From contig CAWBJE010000005.1 of the NCBI GenBank assembly GCA_963789055.1, positions 123,920-187,919 on the forward strand: a stretch of DNA of 64,000 nt, written 5' to 3'. Under the pieces are notes generated by a model. That model worked only from the letters and a program-made list of their open reading frames with translations. It had not been told where the DNA came from and did no database searches. Both the position numbers and the translations under genes were made by a program. Shown here one piece after another: positions 47,258-57,716 of this stretch. The DNA is from an uncultured Verrucomicrobiae bacterium. Lineage in GTDB: Bacteria > Verrucomicrobiota > Verrucomicrobiia > Limisphaerales > UBA11358. Position 1 is the stretch's first letter, and each line of letters begins with the position of its first letter.

Positions 47258-47413
47258 GTCTCAAAATTTAACATTCCCCAAAAAAGTGCAGCATGAAACG
47301 TTCCTGAATAGACAAGATTCCCTACATTTAGCCAATTCGTCATTTAACGCGAAAAATAACGGTTTTTTGAAAGAAACATTGCTGGCGAAGGCCGTTGGCG
47401 ATACACTCCGGCC

Positions 47414-48445
47414 ATGTTCCAAACGGTGCTCGACGCTGACCCGGTGGGAAGTGCGGCCTTAGTTCGCGACACGCACTTGAGCGCGTATCGCTTCATGCTG
47501 CTGGCGCGCCTGCTGGACGACAAATGTGCGGGCCTGTACCGGGCCGGCAAAATTCATGGGGGCGTTTTCATCGGCCGCGGGCAGGAAGCCTTGAGCGTTT
47601 CCATCGGCTTGTCGCTGAAAAAGAGCGACGTGTTCGCACCGCTGATCCGCGACACAGCCGGACGGCTGGCGTTTGGCGAACCGATGGTTGACGCCGTGCG
47701 AACGTATCTGGGTTCCGTTCTTGGTCCGATGCGCGGCCGCGATGGCAACGTGCACCGCGGCCGGCCCAAAGAAGGCTATCTGCCGATGGTCAGCCATCTG
47801 GGCGCAATGATTTCCGTCGTGAACGGCACGCTGTTCGCCCGCCGCATGAAGGGCGTTCCCGGCACCGTGGGCGCCACGTGCATCGGTGATGGCGGCACGG
47901 CCACCGGCTCGTTTCACGAAGCACTTAATCAGGCGGCCATCGAAAAATTGCCGCTCGTGCTCGTCGTGGCCAACAACCATTACGCCTACTCGACGCCGAA
48001 CGAGCGCGAATTTGCCTGTCGCGACCTGACGGACAAAGCCGCCGGTTATGGCGTCGTGGCGCACGCAGTGGATGGCACGGACTTGTCTGCATGCTTGAAA
48101 ATTGTGAGCGACGCCGTTGCCCGCGCCCGCGCCGGTCATGGTCCGCAAATGGTCGTCGCCACCCTGCTCCGGCTTTGCGGCCACGGTGAACACGACGACG
48201 CCAGCTACATTGATCCAAAATTGAAAGCGTCGCCCGTTGGACGCGATTGCTTGAAAGTCGCCGAAGAATTTTTGCTCCGCCAGAAATGGGTGGACGCCGC
48301 TGCGCTGGCCGCGATGCGTGGCGAAATTGTCCATGAAATCGAGGATGCTGTCGCTCAGGTGCAGCGCGAGCCGGCACCCGACCCCTTTGCCGAGGATTGG
48401 CGGGCAATTTCGACCGGACATTTGAACGAGGGACAGGAGAAATGA
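47414..48445 (+). CDS. 2-oxoacid dehydrogenase E1 alpha subunit (TPP-dependent)
   Basis: GQEA, IGDGG...FHEALN...NNHYAYST, GHGEHD motifs. Confidence 0.92.
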   Translation: MFQTVLDADPVGSAALVRDTHLSAYRFMLLARLLDDKCAGLYRAGKIHGGVFIGRGQEALSVSIGLSLKKSDVFAPLIRDTAGRLAFGEPMVDAVRTYLGSVLGPMRGRDGNVHRGRPKEGYLPMVSHLGAMISVVNGTLFARRMKGVPGTVGATCIGDGGTATGSFHEALNQAAIEKLPLVLVVANNHYAYSTPNEREFACRDLTDKAAGYGVVAHAVDGTDLSACLKIVSDAVARARAGHGPQMVVATLLRLCGHGEHDDASYIDPKLKASPVGRDCLKVAEEFLLRQKWVDAAALAAMRGEIVHEIEDAVAQVQREPAPDPFAEDWRAISTGHLNEGQEK

Positions 48446-48555
48446 ACCACGAGTGAAGGATTAAGAATGAAGAATGCAGAAACAAATCCTGCGGGCGATG
48501 TGGTAGTGCCTTTTAATTCTTCATTCTTCGTTCTTCATTCTGCATTTTCCCGGCA

Positions 48556-49521
48556 ATGAGCATCACCTATCTTGAAGCCATCCGGGAAGCGCAGGCGCAT
48601 GCGTTGCGCGATGACCCGCGGGTGTTCATTTACGGGCAGGACGTGGGCGTGTTCGGCGGCGCGTTCAAGGCCACCAAAAATCTGGCGAAGGAATTTCCCG
48701 GCCGCGTGATTGATTCGCCCATCAGCGAGGATGCGATGATGGGTTTGGCTGTCGGCGCGGCGATTGAAGGCATGCGGCCCATCATCGAGATGCAGTTTGC
48801 GGATTTTTCCACCGTTGGTTTCAACCAGATTGTCAACCAGGCCGCGACACTTTTCTGGCGCACGCAGGTCCCCTGCCCGATCACCGTGCGGCTGCCCTTT
48901 GGCGGCACGTCCGGCAGCGGACCGTTTCACAGCCAGAGCCTGGAAACGATTTACGCGCACTATCCCGGCCTGGTGGTGTTGACGCCGGCGACCGTGGAAG
49001 ATGCCTACAGCATGCTGCTTGAAGCGGTGGCCATTGACGACCCGGTAATTTTTTGCGAGCACAAATTCCTTTACTACCACCTCAAGGCCGAAAAATTGCC
49101 AAGCGAAGCATTGCCCGTCGGCAAAGCCCGCATCGCGCGCGAAGGCCGCGACATGACCATTGTGGCCTACAGCGCCATGGTGCATGAAGCGCTCGAAGCG
49201 GCAAAGGAACTTGTCCCCGAAGGTTGGGAAATTGAAGTGGTCGATTTGCGCTCGGTGAAACCGCTCGATACGGACACGGTGATGGCCAGCGTTGCGCGAA
49301 CGGGTCGGCTGCTGTGCGTGGGTGAAGCCTGGCCTTGGGGAGGCGTGACGGCGGAAGTCATCGCCCGGGTCACGAGTGAAGGATTTGGTTTGCTCGACGT
49401 GCCGCCGCAACGGCTCAACGCCAAGGACACGCCGGTGCCATACCATCCCAATTTGTGGACTGCGCATCGCCCCACCGCGCGCGCCGTGGCCGGCGCCGCC
49501 CGCAAATTGCTCCGCTTATGA
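48556..49521 (+). CDS. 2-oxoacid dehydrogenase E1 beta subunit
   Basis: GQDVGVFGGAFKAT, DSPISE, EMQFADF, GPFHSQ, EVVDLRSVKPLD motifs. Confidence 0.95.
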   Translation: MSITYLEAIREAQAHALRDDPRVFIYGQDVGVFGGAFKATKNLAKEFPGRVIDSPISEDAMMGLAVGAAIEGMRPIIEMQFADFSTVGFNQIVNQAATLFWRTQVPCPITVRLPFGGTSGSGPFHSQSLETIYAHYPGLVVLTPATVEDAYSMLLEAVAIDDPVIFCEHKFLYYHLKAEKLPSEALPVGKARIAREGRDMTIVAYSAMVHEALEAAKELVPEGWEIEVVDLRSVKPLDTDTVMASVARTGRLLCVGEAWPWGGVTAEVIARVTSEGFGLLDVPPQRLNAKDTPVPYHPNLWTAHRPTARAVAGAARKLLRL

Positions 49522-49701
49522 AACCAGAACAAAGGAAATGTCGGAGTATTGAAGTGTTGGAATGCTGGAATACTGGATTATTGGATTATTGGATGGTTGG
49601 ACTGCAACAAATCGCCGCCTCATCAATCCATCAATCCATCAATCCACGAATCCATCTCACCACTCCAATACTCCATCACTCCATCATCCCATTCTGACGC
49701 C

Positions 49702-50895
49702 ATGCCGCGAATTCCCATCATCATGCCGCAACTGGGCGAGTCCATCGCCGAGGCCAACATCATCAACTTCCTCGTCAAGCCCGGTGACACTGTCGAAGCC
49801 GACCAGGATTTGATCGAAGTCGAAACCAACAAGGCCGGAATGAACGTCACGTCGCCCTGCCGCGGGCGCATTGAAAAATTCACCGTGCAAGTGAACGAAA
49901 GCTACGCCGTCGGCGTGGTGCTCGGCTACATCGAGGCGACCCAGGAAGAAGCGGTGCGATTGGGGATTGATGCTCCCGCGCCGGCGAAGACCGGCGACAC
50001 CGACCGCATTTCCGCGTCGGACACGAACGGCGGCAGGAACCGGGTGCAACCGACGATTCGCGGATTGCCGGTGCCGGCGAATGCAGCGGGCGCCAGTTAC
50101 CTTTCGCCGCGGCTCAAGGCGCGCATGAACGAACTCGGTTTGCACGCCGCCGATTTGGCGGGCGTGGCCGGCAGCGGCGCAGCCGGCCGGGTGACGGTCG
50201 AAGATTTCGAAAGATTCATCGCCCATCTCGAAAAACAAAAGATAACCCCGGCGTCGTCCATGCGCGTGACGGTGGCCGACGCGATGCGGCGCAGTTGGAC
50301 GCGGCCTCTCGCCGACGTCGGTTTGCCGGTCTGTCTCGACCCGCTGTTTGCCTATCGCAAAGTCACCCGGCCCAAACCCGGTCCGGCGCTTTGCTGCCTG
50401 CGCGCGCTGGCGGTGGCGCTGGCGGAAAACAGCGCACCTGCCGGCCGGCTGGTGGGCAATAAAATTGTGCATCCCTCCTCGATTGACATCGCGTTCGCCG
50501 TTGAAGCCGAGGAAGGCGTGCTCGTGCCCGTCATCCGCCATGCGGACAAAAAAACGCTGAAGGAATTGATCGGGCCTTACAACGAGTTGGTGGAACTGGC
50601 GCGGCAACGCAAACTGCCGCCGGAAGTAACCGGCGGTTCCATCGCCACGGTGACAAATTTCGGCACGTTCGGGCTGACCTGGGCCACGCCCATCCCTTTG
50701 CCGGAACAATCTCTGGTGCTCGGCATCGGCGCCGCCCGGCGTATGCCCAGTTGGGACGCGAGTAAGGATCAGTTCGTGCCGATAATGGAGGCGAATCTTA
50801 CGCTGAGCTTCGACCATCGGGTGATTGACGGTGGCGCAGCCGGACGTTTGCTCATGCGCATCGCGGATTTAATCACCCACCCGGAGCAGTTGTGA
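49702..50895 (+). CDS. 2-oxoacid dehydrogenase E2 (dihydrolipoamide acyltransferase)
   Basis: MPQLGESI...EVETNKA lipoyl domain; GSGAAGRVT subunit-binding domain; FDHRVIDG catalytic motif. Confidence 0.9.
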   Translation: MPRIPIIMPQLGESIAEANIINFLVKPGDTVEADQDLIEVETNKAGMNVTSPCRGRIEKFTVQVNESYAVGVVLGYIEATQEEAVRLGIDAPAPAKTGDTDRISASDTNGGRNRVQPTIRGLPVPANAAGASYLSPRLKARMNELGLHAADLAGVAGSGAAGRVTVEDFERFIAHLEKQKITPASSMRVTVADAMRRSWTRPLADVGLPVCLDPLFAYRKVTRPKPGPALCCLRALAVALAENSAPAGRLVGNKIVHPSSIDIAFAVEAEEGVLVPVIRHADKKTLKELIGPYNELVELARQRKLPPEVTGGSIATVTNFGTFGLTWATPIPLPEQSLVLGIGAARRMPSWDASKDQFVPIMEANLTLSFDHRVIDGGAAGRLLMRIADLITHPEQL

Positions 50896-51479
50896 TGGGT
50901 GAGCTGGCATTTTGCCGGCCCATTGGATTCCAGCCCGGACCGGAGCGGCGCGAACTTACCAGCCGGCTGAAAACCATTTATTCTTGCCGCACGGTAAAAA
51001 AGGCCGCTGGCAAAGGTAGGGCTGACCTGCTGGTCACCATCGGCTGGTCCAACAACACCGCCTTCGACTTGGTGGATTCGAACATCTGTATCGCCACCGC
51101 CCAGCCAAAGGTCGAACAAGTCAAGACCTATGATCCTGTTTTGATTCCAGTTCCTGATCCGTACTACGTGAAGCCCATGACAACCAATTTGGAGAGTGAT
51201 GATTTTGATTTCACCCCGACCGCGGGCAACTATGAGGTCATAGTCAATTTTGCGTGTTTCGATGATACGGGCACGATTGGAGGCATTAAACCGACCGGCG
51301 GGCCTTCATCCTGCACTTTGCTCAATGAAATTTACAACACAGTCGTGCCGGTAAATCAGGTAACAGTGGTTAGCAATCACTTGCGTATACCAGTCACAGC
51401 GACCGATGATCCTGTCTGTAAAAATGTGGTTGGCTGGAATACTATAACCATCACTTGGCAGGCTTGGCCAAGCCAATAG
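50892..51479 (+). CDS. Hypothetical protein (atypical composition)
   Basis: 195-codon open frame overlapping the E2 stop; beta-rich; the 3' half is AT-richer; no family recognised. Confidence 0.4.
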   Translation: MMGELAFCRPIGFQPGPERRELTSRLKTIYSCRTVKKAAGKGRADLLVTIGWSNNTAFDLVDSNICIATAQPKVEQVKTYDPVLIPVPDPYYVKPMTTNLESDDFDFTPTAGNYEVIVNFACFDDTGTIGGIKPTGGPSSCTLLNEIYNTVVPVNQVTVVSNHLRIPVTATDDPVCKNVVGWNTITITWQAWPSQ

Positions 51480-51651
51480 TGTGTTATTACTGCCAGTTTT
51501 GCCCGTTGGAATTAATCTAATCTCAACCATATTTGACCGCGCCCCGATTTGGCAGACCAACTCGCCCCGCCGCGAATGCTGCCAGTAACCGGTTGTCTCA
51601 ACCCGCCAGTTTTCAGTTGGCGTCCCGCGCGAATTTTGCTTTCCTATTCAC

Positions 51652-52302
51652 ATGAAATTACTACGCACAACCATTTTGACCCTTTCCGCAACGGTTTTTC
51701 TGGGCGTTCCCGCGATGGCGCAAAACAAAATTGCCACCGTGGATTTGCGCAAGTTGATGGACGGTTACTGGAAAACCAAACAGGTGCTGACCGTCCTCAA
51801 CGATCGCAAGAACCAGCTCGACAACGACGACAAAAGCATGCGCGACGATTTGCGGAAGGGCAGCGACGAATATCAGAAACTTTTGGAACAGGCGAACGAC
51901 CAGGCGATCTCCGCCGAACAGCGCGACAAACGCAAACAGGCTGCCGCCGACAAACTCAAGCAATTACAGGATTCCAAAACTTCGATCGATCAATTCGAGC
52001 GGCAGGCGCAAATCACGCTCAATGAGCAAAGCCAGCGGATGCGCGACAACCTTGTCGGCGAAATCAAAGCCGCCGTGGCCGCCCAGGCCAAGGCCGCCGG
52101 CTATTCACTGGTCATCGACGTCGCGCCGGATACTGCCAATGCCACGACGGCGGTGATTTACAGCAATGGTGAAAATGATCTGACCGACGCCGTCCTCAAA
52201 CGACTCAACGCCGGGGCGCCCATCAGCACCACGCCCGCTCCGGTTGTGCCTTCGCCGTCGGCACTGTTGGGCACCAACACGCCGGGGGTCAACTTGCGCT
52301 GA
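51652..52302 (+). CDS. skp: OmpH/Skp periplasmic chaperone
   Basis: Signal peptide, KIATVD, long coiled coil, GYSLVID...[11 protein letters not shown]. Confidence 0.88.
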   Translation: MKLLRTTILTLSATVFLGVPAMAQNKIATVDLRKLMDGYWKTKQVLTVLNDRKNQLDNDDKSMRDDLRKGSDEYQKLLEQANDQAISAEQRDKRKQAAADKLKQLQDSKTSIDQFERQAQITLNEQSQRMRDNLVGEIKAAVAAQAKAAGYSLVIDVAPDTANATTAVIYSNGENDLTDAVLKRLNAGAPISTTPAPVVPSPSALLGTNTPGVNLR

Positions 52303-53470
52303 GCCGCTGCACCGGTTTCTCAAAAAGCATCCGGTGTGATTCTTCCAGAATGGCGGGAATCCGGTCGGCAAACGGGCTGTTCCGCAACGCTGCCCGCAAA
52401 TCCAGTTCGCTGATTTTGGCCGCGTTTTGGCCGGGAAACCAATGGTCGGCCTGCCCCAGCAGGTTGTAGCGCATCTTGCCCCAGGCTACGAGGTCGAGCG
52501 ACTTCGCATAGGTCCACAACCGCAGGATTTCCGACACGTTGATCTGTCCCGGCACGTCCACGTAATTCGGCAAACCCTCGAACCACCGCGCACACCAATC
52601 CGCACCCAGCAGGCGTTCCATTTCCGCGCGCAACCGCCTTTCCACCGGCGCAATCGTTTCGGCAATGTGGTCGTAATATTTCAACGCGGCGATGTGTTCG
52701 TCAAAATCGCCGGGTTTGTTGATGCCGCAACTCAAGGTGTGGACCTCTTTCCGGCCGAGGCAATAAAGGTCGTTGAACACCATCGGCGACAGCGGGGCGC
52801 ACAGTCCCATCATTTTGGGCGGCGGTTCGTAGAGTTTCCCGCCCTTGTCGTTCGGGCTGATGATGAACACGCCCATGTCGAGCCGGTGCGCCGCTTCAAT
52901 CGCGGCCCAATTCAAGTCGTTCACGAAGTACCAATGTACGTTCAGATAATCGAACCCGCCGGAATTGACCGCTTCGAGAATGACATCGGTCGTCCCGTGT
53001 GTGGAAAAGCCGACGAATCGCGTGCGGCCTTCCTGCTGCAATTGGCGCGCGACGGCGAGGCAGCCGTTTTTTTTCAGCGACCAATCCAAAAGCTCGCAGT
53101 TATTGATGCCGTGCAAGGCGAGCAGATCCACATGGTCGAGCTGAAGATATTTCATCGAGGTTTCGAACGTTTTGAGAAATTCCTTTGGCTTGGCCCGAGG
53201 CGTAACCTTGGTCTGGACGATGATTTTATCGCGCGGCAGCCTGGGCAGCACGTTGCCCAGTTGCATTTCCGAGGTGCCGTAACCGCGCGCGGTTTCGAGG
53301 TGGTTGATGCCCAGTTCGAGCGCCCGATGGATGCAGGCTTCCACATTCTCCTGGTTGGCACGCGGAATTTCCCGGGGGGCCACGTCCTGCCACTTGTATT
53401 GATAACGCATTCCACCGCAGGAAATCACCGGCATCTGCAACTCGGTCCGGCCGAAACGACGGTATTTCAT
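52289..53470 (-). CDS. Aldo/keto reductase family protein
   Basis: [47 protein letters not shown] motifs. Confidence 0.9.
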   Translation of the reverse strand: MKYRRFGRTELQMPVISCGGMRYQYKWQDVAPREIPRANQENVEACIHRALELGINHLETARGYGTSEMQLGNVLPRLPRDKIIVQTKVTPRAKPKEFLKTFETSMKYLQLDHVDLLALHGINNCELLDWSLKKNGCLAVARQLQQEGRTRFVGFSTHGTTDVILEAVNSGGFDYLNVHWYFVNDLNWAAIEAAHRLDMGVFIISPNDKGGKLYEPPPKMMGLCAPLSPMVFNDLYCLGRKEVHTLSCGINKPGDFDEHIAALKYYDHIAETIAPVERRLRAEMERLLGADWCARWFEGLPNYVDVPGQINVSEILRLWTYAKSLDLVAWGKMRYNLLGQADHWFPGQNAAKISELDLRAALRNSPFADRIPAILEESHRMLFEKPVQRLSAS

Positions 53471-53710
53471 CGCGATGACAATAAGTGACGTGTCCGCCAA
53501 AGGCAAACAACCTCATCGGAGGACAAGCAAAAGCTGCGGAGGACAGGTCTGCGGATGAAGCACGGCTCGCGAGTACGCTCACCCCACCACGACGGACGCG
53601 CCGGCGGTGCGCCCTACCTTTTGTGGGTCTTTGCGCCTTGGCGATTGATTTTTCTATCGCCCCCTGCCGGGGCTTCGATTTTTTTGGCTTTGCCAACCCA
53701 CGGTTGAAAC

Positions 53711-55234
53711 CCTTGTCATTACCCACATTTTTTCAAACTTGATTTCGCAATTCTGATTAGCAATCTAGTGTGGGCGTAGGCGTTGCTGCGGCGCGCCGGG
53801 TTGGTTCCTCACCGGTGGGTTTATGAGCACAACGCTAATACCGCCGGTTCAGTGGGCACAGAACGAGTTCGCATTTGCTAAACTGGGAGACTCACGTCGT
53901 AATAAACGGTTGGTGAAAATTGCTGCTAATCTGGCCGCCCATCCGGGCGGAACACTGCCGCAAGCCTTTCCGCACTGGGCCGAATTAAAAGCGGCGTATC
54001 GTTTCTTTGGGCAAAGCGGAGTCAGCTTCGAGCGGGTGTTGGCCCCCCACCTGGAACGGACTCGCCAGGCGTGTCGGCAGCCCGGAGAGTATTTGCTCAT
54101 CGAGGACACGACCCTGCTGGATTATACCAACCATCCCGCCACCGAGGATCTGGGAATGATTGGCGATGGCGCCGGACGAGGCTTTGAATTGCATAGTGCA
54201 TTGGCGGTGCGGATCGAGTCCTGGACACTGGAGCAACGACCCGAGGGGATGGTGGTGGGATTATTTGGCCAACAGTGTCGCAGCCCCCGACCCGCGCCGC
54301 CCGGTGAGACGCGTGGGCAGCGGTTGAGTCGCCCCCGCAAATCACAGAGCTGGGCAGCGGCCATCAAATCTGCCGGTCGTCCTGCCGAGGGAAGCCGGTG
54401 GATTTACGTGGCGGATCGTGAATCGGATTTTTACGAGCCGTTGCAGATTTGCCAGCAGCACGGAGTGGACTTTGTAATCCGGGCTTGCCAGGCCCGACGT
54501 TTAGCCGATGGGGCCGGGCATTTATGGGAGGCGTTGGTCCACGCGCCGGTGCTGGGGCAGAGTACGGTGGAAATGCGGGCTCGGGCTGGCCAGCCTGCGC
54601 GCACCGCCAGAGTGGAACTGCGAAGTGTGTGTGTGGATTTGGATGGGCCATGGCGTCCGGGCGGGTGGCAAGGGCCGCTCAAAGGCGTCGGCGTTGTGGA
54701 GCTCACAGAGGTGCAGGCACCCGAAGGAGTGAAGGAACCGCTGCATTGGATTTTGCTCACCTCGTTGCCATGTGCGACCAAGGCCCAGGCGCAGCAGGCG
54801 GTCGGGAGGTATACGGCGCGCTGGTGGATTGAAGAGTATCACAAAGCTCTCAAGAGCGGAGCGGCGGTGGAGGAGAGCCAATTAGAGCGAGGGTATCGTT
54901 TGGAATCCCTGATTGCGGTGTTGGCCGTGGTGGCGGTGCGTTTGCTCAGCACCAAATTGCTGGCGCGCAGCCGACCAGAGTCGTTTGAAGCCGCGGCGAG
55001 CTTCGGTTCGGAAATGCTGGCGATATTGGAGAAGAAGTTCGGCCCTCCCGAAGGCGGTTGGACCAATCGAAATGTGATCATTGCTACGGCGCGGCTGGGG
55101 GGCTTTCTGGCACGCAAGCATGACGGCATGCCGGGCTGGCAAACCATCTGGCGCGGCTGGCAGCGGCTGATGTGGATGTGCGAAGGATTAGAAACTTTCC
55201 AACTCAAATGAAAAAAATGTGGGTAATGACAAGG
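53711..55234 (+). mobile_element. IS4-family (IS50/Tn5-like) insertion sequence
   Basis: About 23-bp perfect terminal inverted repeat CCTTGTCATTACCCACATTTTTT; direct repeat GTTGAAAC at 53703-53710 and 55235-55242 (ends uncertain by 1 bp). Confidence 0.9.
53823..55211 (+). CDS. IS4-family transposase (Tn5-like)
   Basis: WAQNEF...LGDSRRNKRL, AAYRFF, IEDTT, VADRESD, YTARWWIEEYHKALKSG, LGGFLARKHDGMPGWQTIWRG motifs. Confidence 0.95.
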   Translation: MSTTLIPPVQWAQNEFAFAKLGDSRRNKRLVKIAANLAAHPGGTLPQAFPHWAELKAAYRFFGQSGVSFERVLAPHLERTRQACRQPGEYLLIEDTTLLDYTNHPATEDLGMIGDGAGRGFELHSALAVRIESWTLEQRPEGMVVGLFGQQCRSPRPAPPGETRGQRLSRPRKSQSWAAAIKSAGRPAEGSRWIYVADRESDFYEPLQICQQHGVDFVIRACQARRLADGAGHLWEALVHAPVLGQSTVEMRARAGQPARTARVELRSVCVDLDGPWRPGGWQGPLKGVGVVELTEVQAPEGVKEPLHWILLTSLPCATKAQAQQAVGRYTARWWIEEYHKALKSGAAVEESQLERGYRLESLIAVLAVVAVRLLSTKLLARSRPESFEAAASFGSEMLAILEKKFGPPEGGWTNRNVIIATARLGGFLARKHDGMPGWQTIWRGWQRLMWMCEGLETFQLK

Positions 55235-55339
55235 GTTGAAACTGTGGCCTACCATCAGTCGCCGCGACGCGGCTTCAATTCGTGTAAATTCGTGCAATTA
55301 GCGTCAACCTTCGCGCCCTGGTGCCTTGGCGGTTTCAAG

Positions 55340-56836
55340 TCATTGCACAATCCGGATGCGATAGTACCGCGCCTTGTTGGCGGACACCGGCACGGAATCG
55401 GTGAAGCTCTGCGTTGAAGCGGTCCCCGGCGGCGATGGATCGATTTCCTCAACTGCTGACCGGACAACGTCGGCGAAAACGCCGGTATAGCCGCCGGCAG
55501 CGTCGCCGTCGCAACAGCTGACGCGATAGCGGAGTCCGCCGACAGAGGTCCAGGTGATGGTGATGAGGCCGTTGGTCATCGAGCCGGGAACGACGCTCAA
55601 CCAGGGCGCGGGCGTGGCCTGGGTGGTGAAGGACCAGACCGGCCCGGAGTTGGTCGTGATCCCATCACTTGCCGTCACATACCACTCGTAAGGTTTGCCT
55701 GCCAGCAGACCCGGCCAGGCGGCGGAGGTGTTGCTGCCGGAAACCACGCCGGTATTGGTGGCCAGGGCGGTCCAGGAAAAGCCCAGGTCATAAGCAAGGT
55801 CAAACTGACTGTCCGAATCGGTTTCATAACTGCCGGTCCAGGGCGAATAGGTCAGGACGTGGATTATATTGCTGGCCGGGGAAAACCGGTGGATGCGCAG
55901 CAAACCATTGCCGCCGTTCGCACGGTCCTGATAATCCGCCATCAGGGTGTAAACGACGTGGCCGTTGTTGGTGTCCGCGCGCCGGGCCTCGTAGTCGTTA
56001 TGGCCGCAGAGCATCAAAAACAGGTTCGAACAGCCCTTGAGCGCGTTGTAAATCGCCTGTCCCTGGGGATCGAAGGGAGCGGGATTGCCCGCGCTGACGA
56101 TGTCATGGCTGACGACAATCGCCCGGCGGTTGGCGTTGGTCTGCAACAGGTTTTTGGCCCACAGGTAAACCGGCGCGCTGGAATTGGTGGCGGAGGAATC
56201 GTAGGAAAGGCAGATCACAATGAAATCCAGCCCGCCAGCGGTGAACAAATCATAATGGTTGAGATTGTTCGCGTCGTAGGCGCCGCCGAAAAAGGAGCGT
56301 CCCTGGAAATGCGACACGCCAAAGTACCGGCTGTAGTTCACCGAGCCGCCCCCGTAGAGGTCGTGATTGCCGGCCAGCACGCCGTAGGGGATGCCGTTGG
56401 AAAGCCCGGTGGTGGCCGGGTTCTCGAGGCGATACATGGCGTTGGTGGCCGGCGTCCACTCGCTGTTAATTGAGCCAAAGTCGGTGATGTCGCCTTCATG
56501 GGCCACATAAACGATGTTGCTGCCGGTACGATGTGCCACGATCCAGTCGGTCTGGCTGGTGAACATCGCCGGCGTACCTCCGAACAGGTTGGCGGTGTAA
56601 TACTGCGTGTCCGGCAGCGCAATGATTGTGAAATCCGGATTCACATTTTTGGGCCGGCCGTAGAAAGTGACCGCGAGGCGGTTGGTAGAGGAGGCGGAAG
56701 CGGAGACAGCCAACGTGGGAAACTGAACGACGTCAGCGGCACCATTGGTGGGCGAGAGCGGGACAATCGCCGCGTCCGCCGGGTGCGCGCTTGAGGCCAA
56801 GAGCATGAGCAGGGCGAATGATTGCTTCAGGCACAT
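55340..56836 (-). CDS. Secreted calcineurin-like metallophosphoesterase with C-terminal beta domains
   Basis: Signal peptide; PDTQYY, HEGDI, GNHD, VSH, CGH motifs; ends RYYRIRIVQ. Confidence 0.88.
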   Translation of the reverse strand: MCLKQSFALLMLLASSAHPADAAIVPLSPTNGAADVVQFPTLAVSASASSTNRLAVTFYGRPKNVNPDFTIIALPDTQYYTANLFGGTPAMFTSQTDWIVAHRTGSNIVYVAHEGDITDFGSINSEWTPATNAMYRLENPATTGLSNGIPYGVLAGNHDLYGGGSVNYSRYFGVSHFQGRSFFGGAYDANNLNHYDLFTAGGLDFIVICLSYDSSATNSSAPVYLWAKNLLQTNANRRAIVVSHDIVSAGNPAPFDPQGQAIYNALKGCSNLFLMLCGHNDYEARRADTNNGHVVYTLMADYQDRANGGNGLLRIHRFSPASNIIHVLTYSPWTGSYETDSDSQFDLAYDLGFSWTALATNTGVVSGSNTSAAWPGLLAGKPYEWYVTASDGITTNSGPVWSFTTQATPAPWLSVVPGSMTNGLITITWTSVGGLRYRVSCCDGDAAGGYTGVFADVVRSAVEEIDPSPPGTASTQSFTDSVPVSANKARYYRIRIVQ

Positions 56837-57194
56837 GGGTTTGGCACATGAATCGTCTGCCAACGTAATGCAGACCCGCCGCGGTGCAAAGCAAAAGCTA
56901 AAAATTGGTTAAGAGTTGAGTGTTGAGCGTTGAGGGACTGGTAAAAAGGGGAACACCGAATATCGACCTGTTTTCGCGATGCTACAATTCGGCAAGACAC
57001 CGGACTTCGAACCCCAATAAATCGCGAACAAGCTTCGAAACGAAAAAAGACGACCCACCAGTTCGATGCAGAAGGCACCAGCCTTCGCTTCCATCCTACG
57101 CACTGCTGCTTCGGAGGACAGGCAGAAGCTATGGGCCTGGCAGGGAAAGCAGAATGAAGAAGATCTGCGCGAATCTGCGGAAGCCTGAAACGGC

Positions 57195-57689
57195 TTAAGC
57201 GCAAGAGGAGGCGAGGGAAGCCATGCGGATAACCAGTTCGTTCAGTTCCTGCATGCGCGGCGGTTTGCCCACGATGGCGTCCACAGGCAGATCGCGCTCG
57301 TTCTCATCTTCCATGAAGGTTCCCCACCCCGTCATCATAATCACCGGCGTTTGCGGAGATTCCGCCTTGATGGCCCGGGCCACCCGCTGGCCGTCGATGT
57401 CCGGCATGCCTAAATCAGTAATGACCAGTTCGTAAGGTTCATTCTCCTGTGTGGCGGTGCGGAACATTTCCAATCCGCGTTTTCCGCCGGGAGCAACCTG
57501 CACCTCGTGTTTCAAAAACGTGAGGCATTGCGTCATGAACTCCCGCACCTGCGCGTCGTCGTCGATGCACAGGATGCGTACGGAGCGCCTCTTTTTGGGT
57601 TGCGGCGGCGGCACGCGGACGGGTGCTTCATCAATTTCAATACCGCCGAGGTATCGTTGCGTCAGTTCACAGGTGGAGGAAACGTTCAT
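57195..57689 (-). CDS. Response regulator (single REC with N-terminal extension)
   Basis: ILCIDDD, VITDLGMP, MMTGW, VGKP motifs. Confidence 0.88.
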   Translation of the reverse strand: MNVSSTCELTQRYLGGIEIDEAPVRVPPPQPKKRRSVRILCIDDDAQVREFMTQCLTFLKHEVQVAPGGKRGLEMFRTATQENEPYELVITDLGMPDIDGQRVARAIKAESPQTPVIMMTGWGTFMEDENERDLPVDAIVGKPPRMQELNELVIRMASLASSCA

Positions 57690-57716
57690 GTTTAAATTGG
57701 TTGGGTTGGTTGGCGA

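Noticed and set aside
49549-49701. N-terminal extension of E2 (and similar ORF extensions at rplS, dapF, panB)
   Set aside because: These are translations of intergenic microsatellite or REP sequence upstream of the family-consistent start codons.
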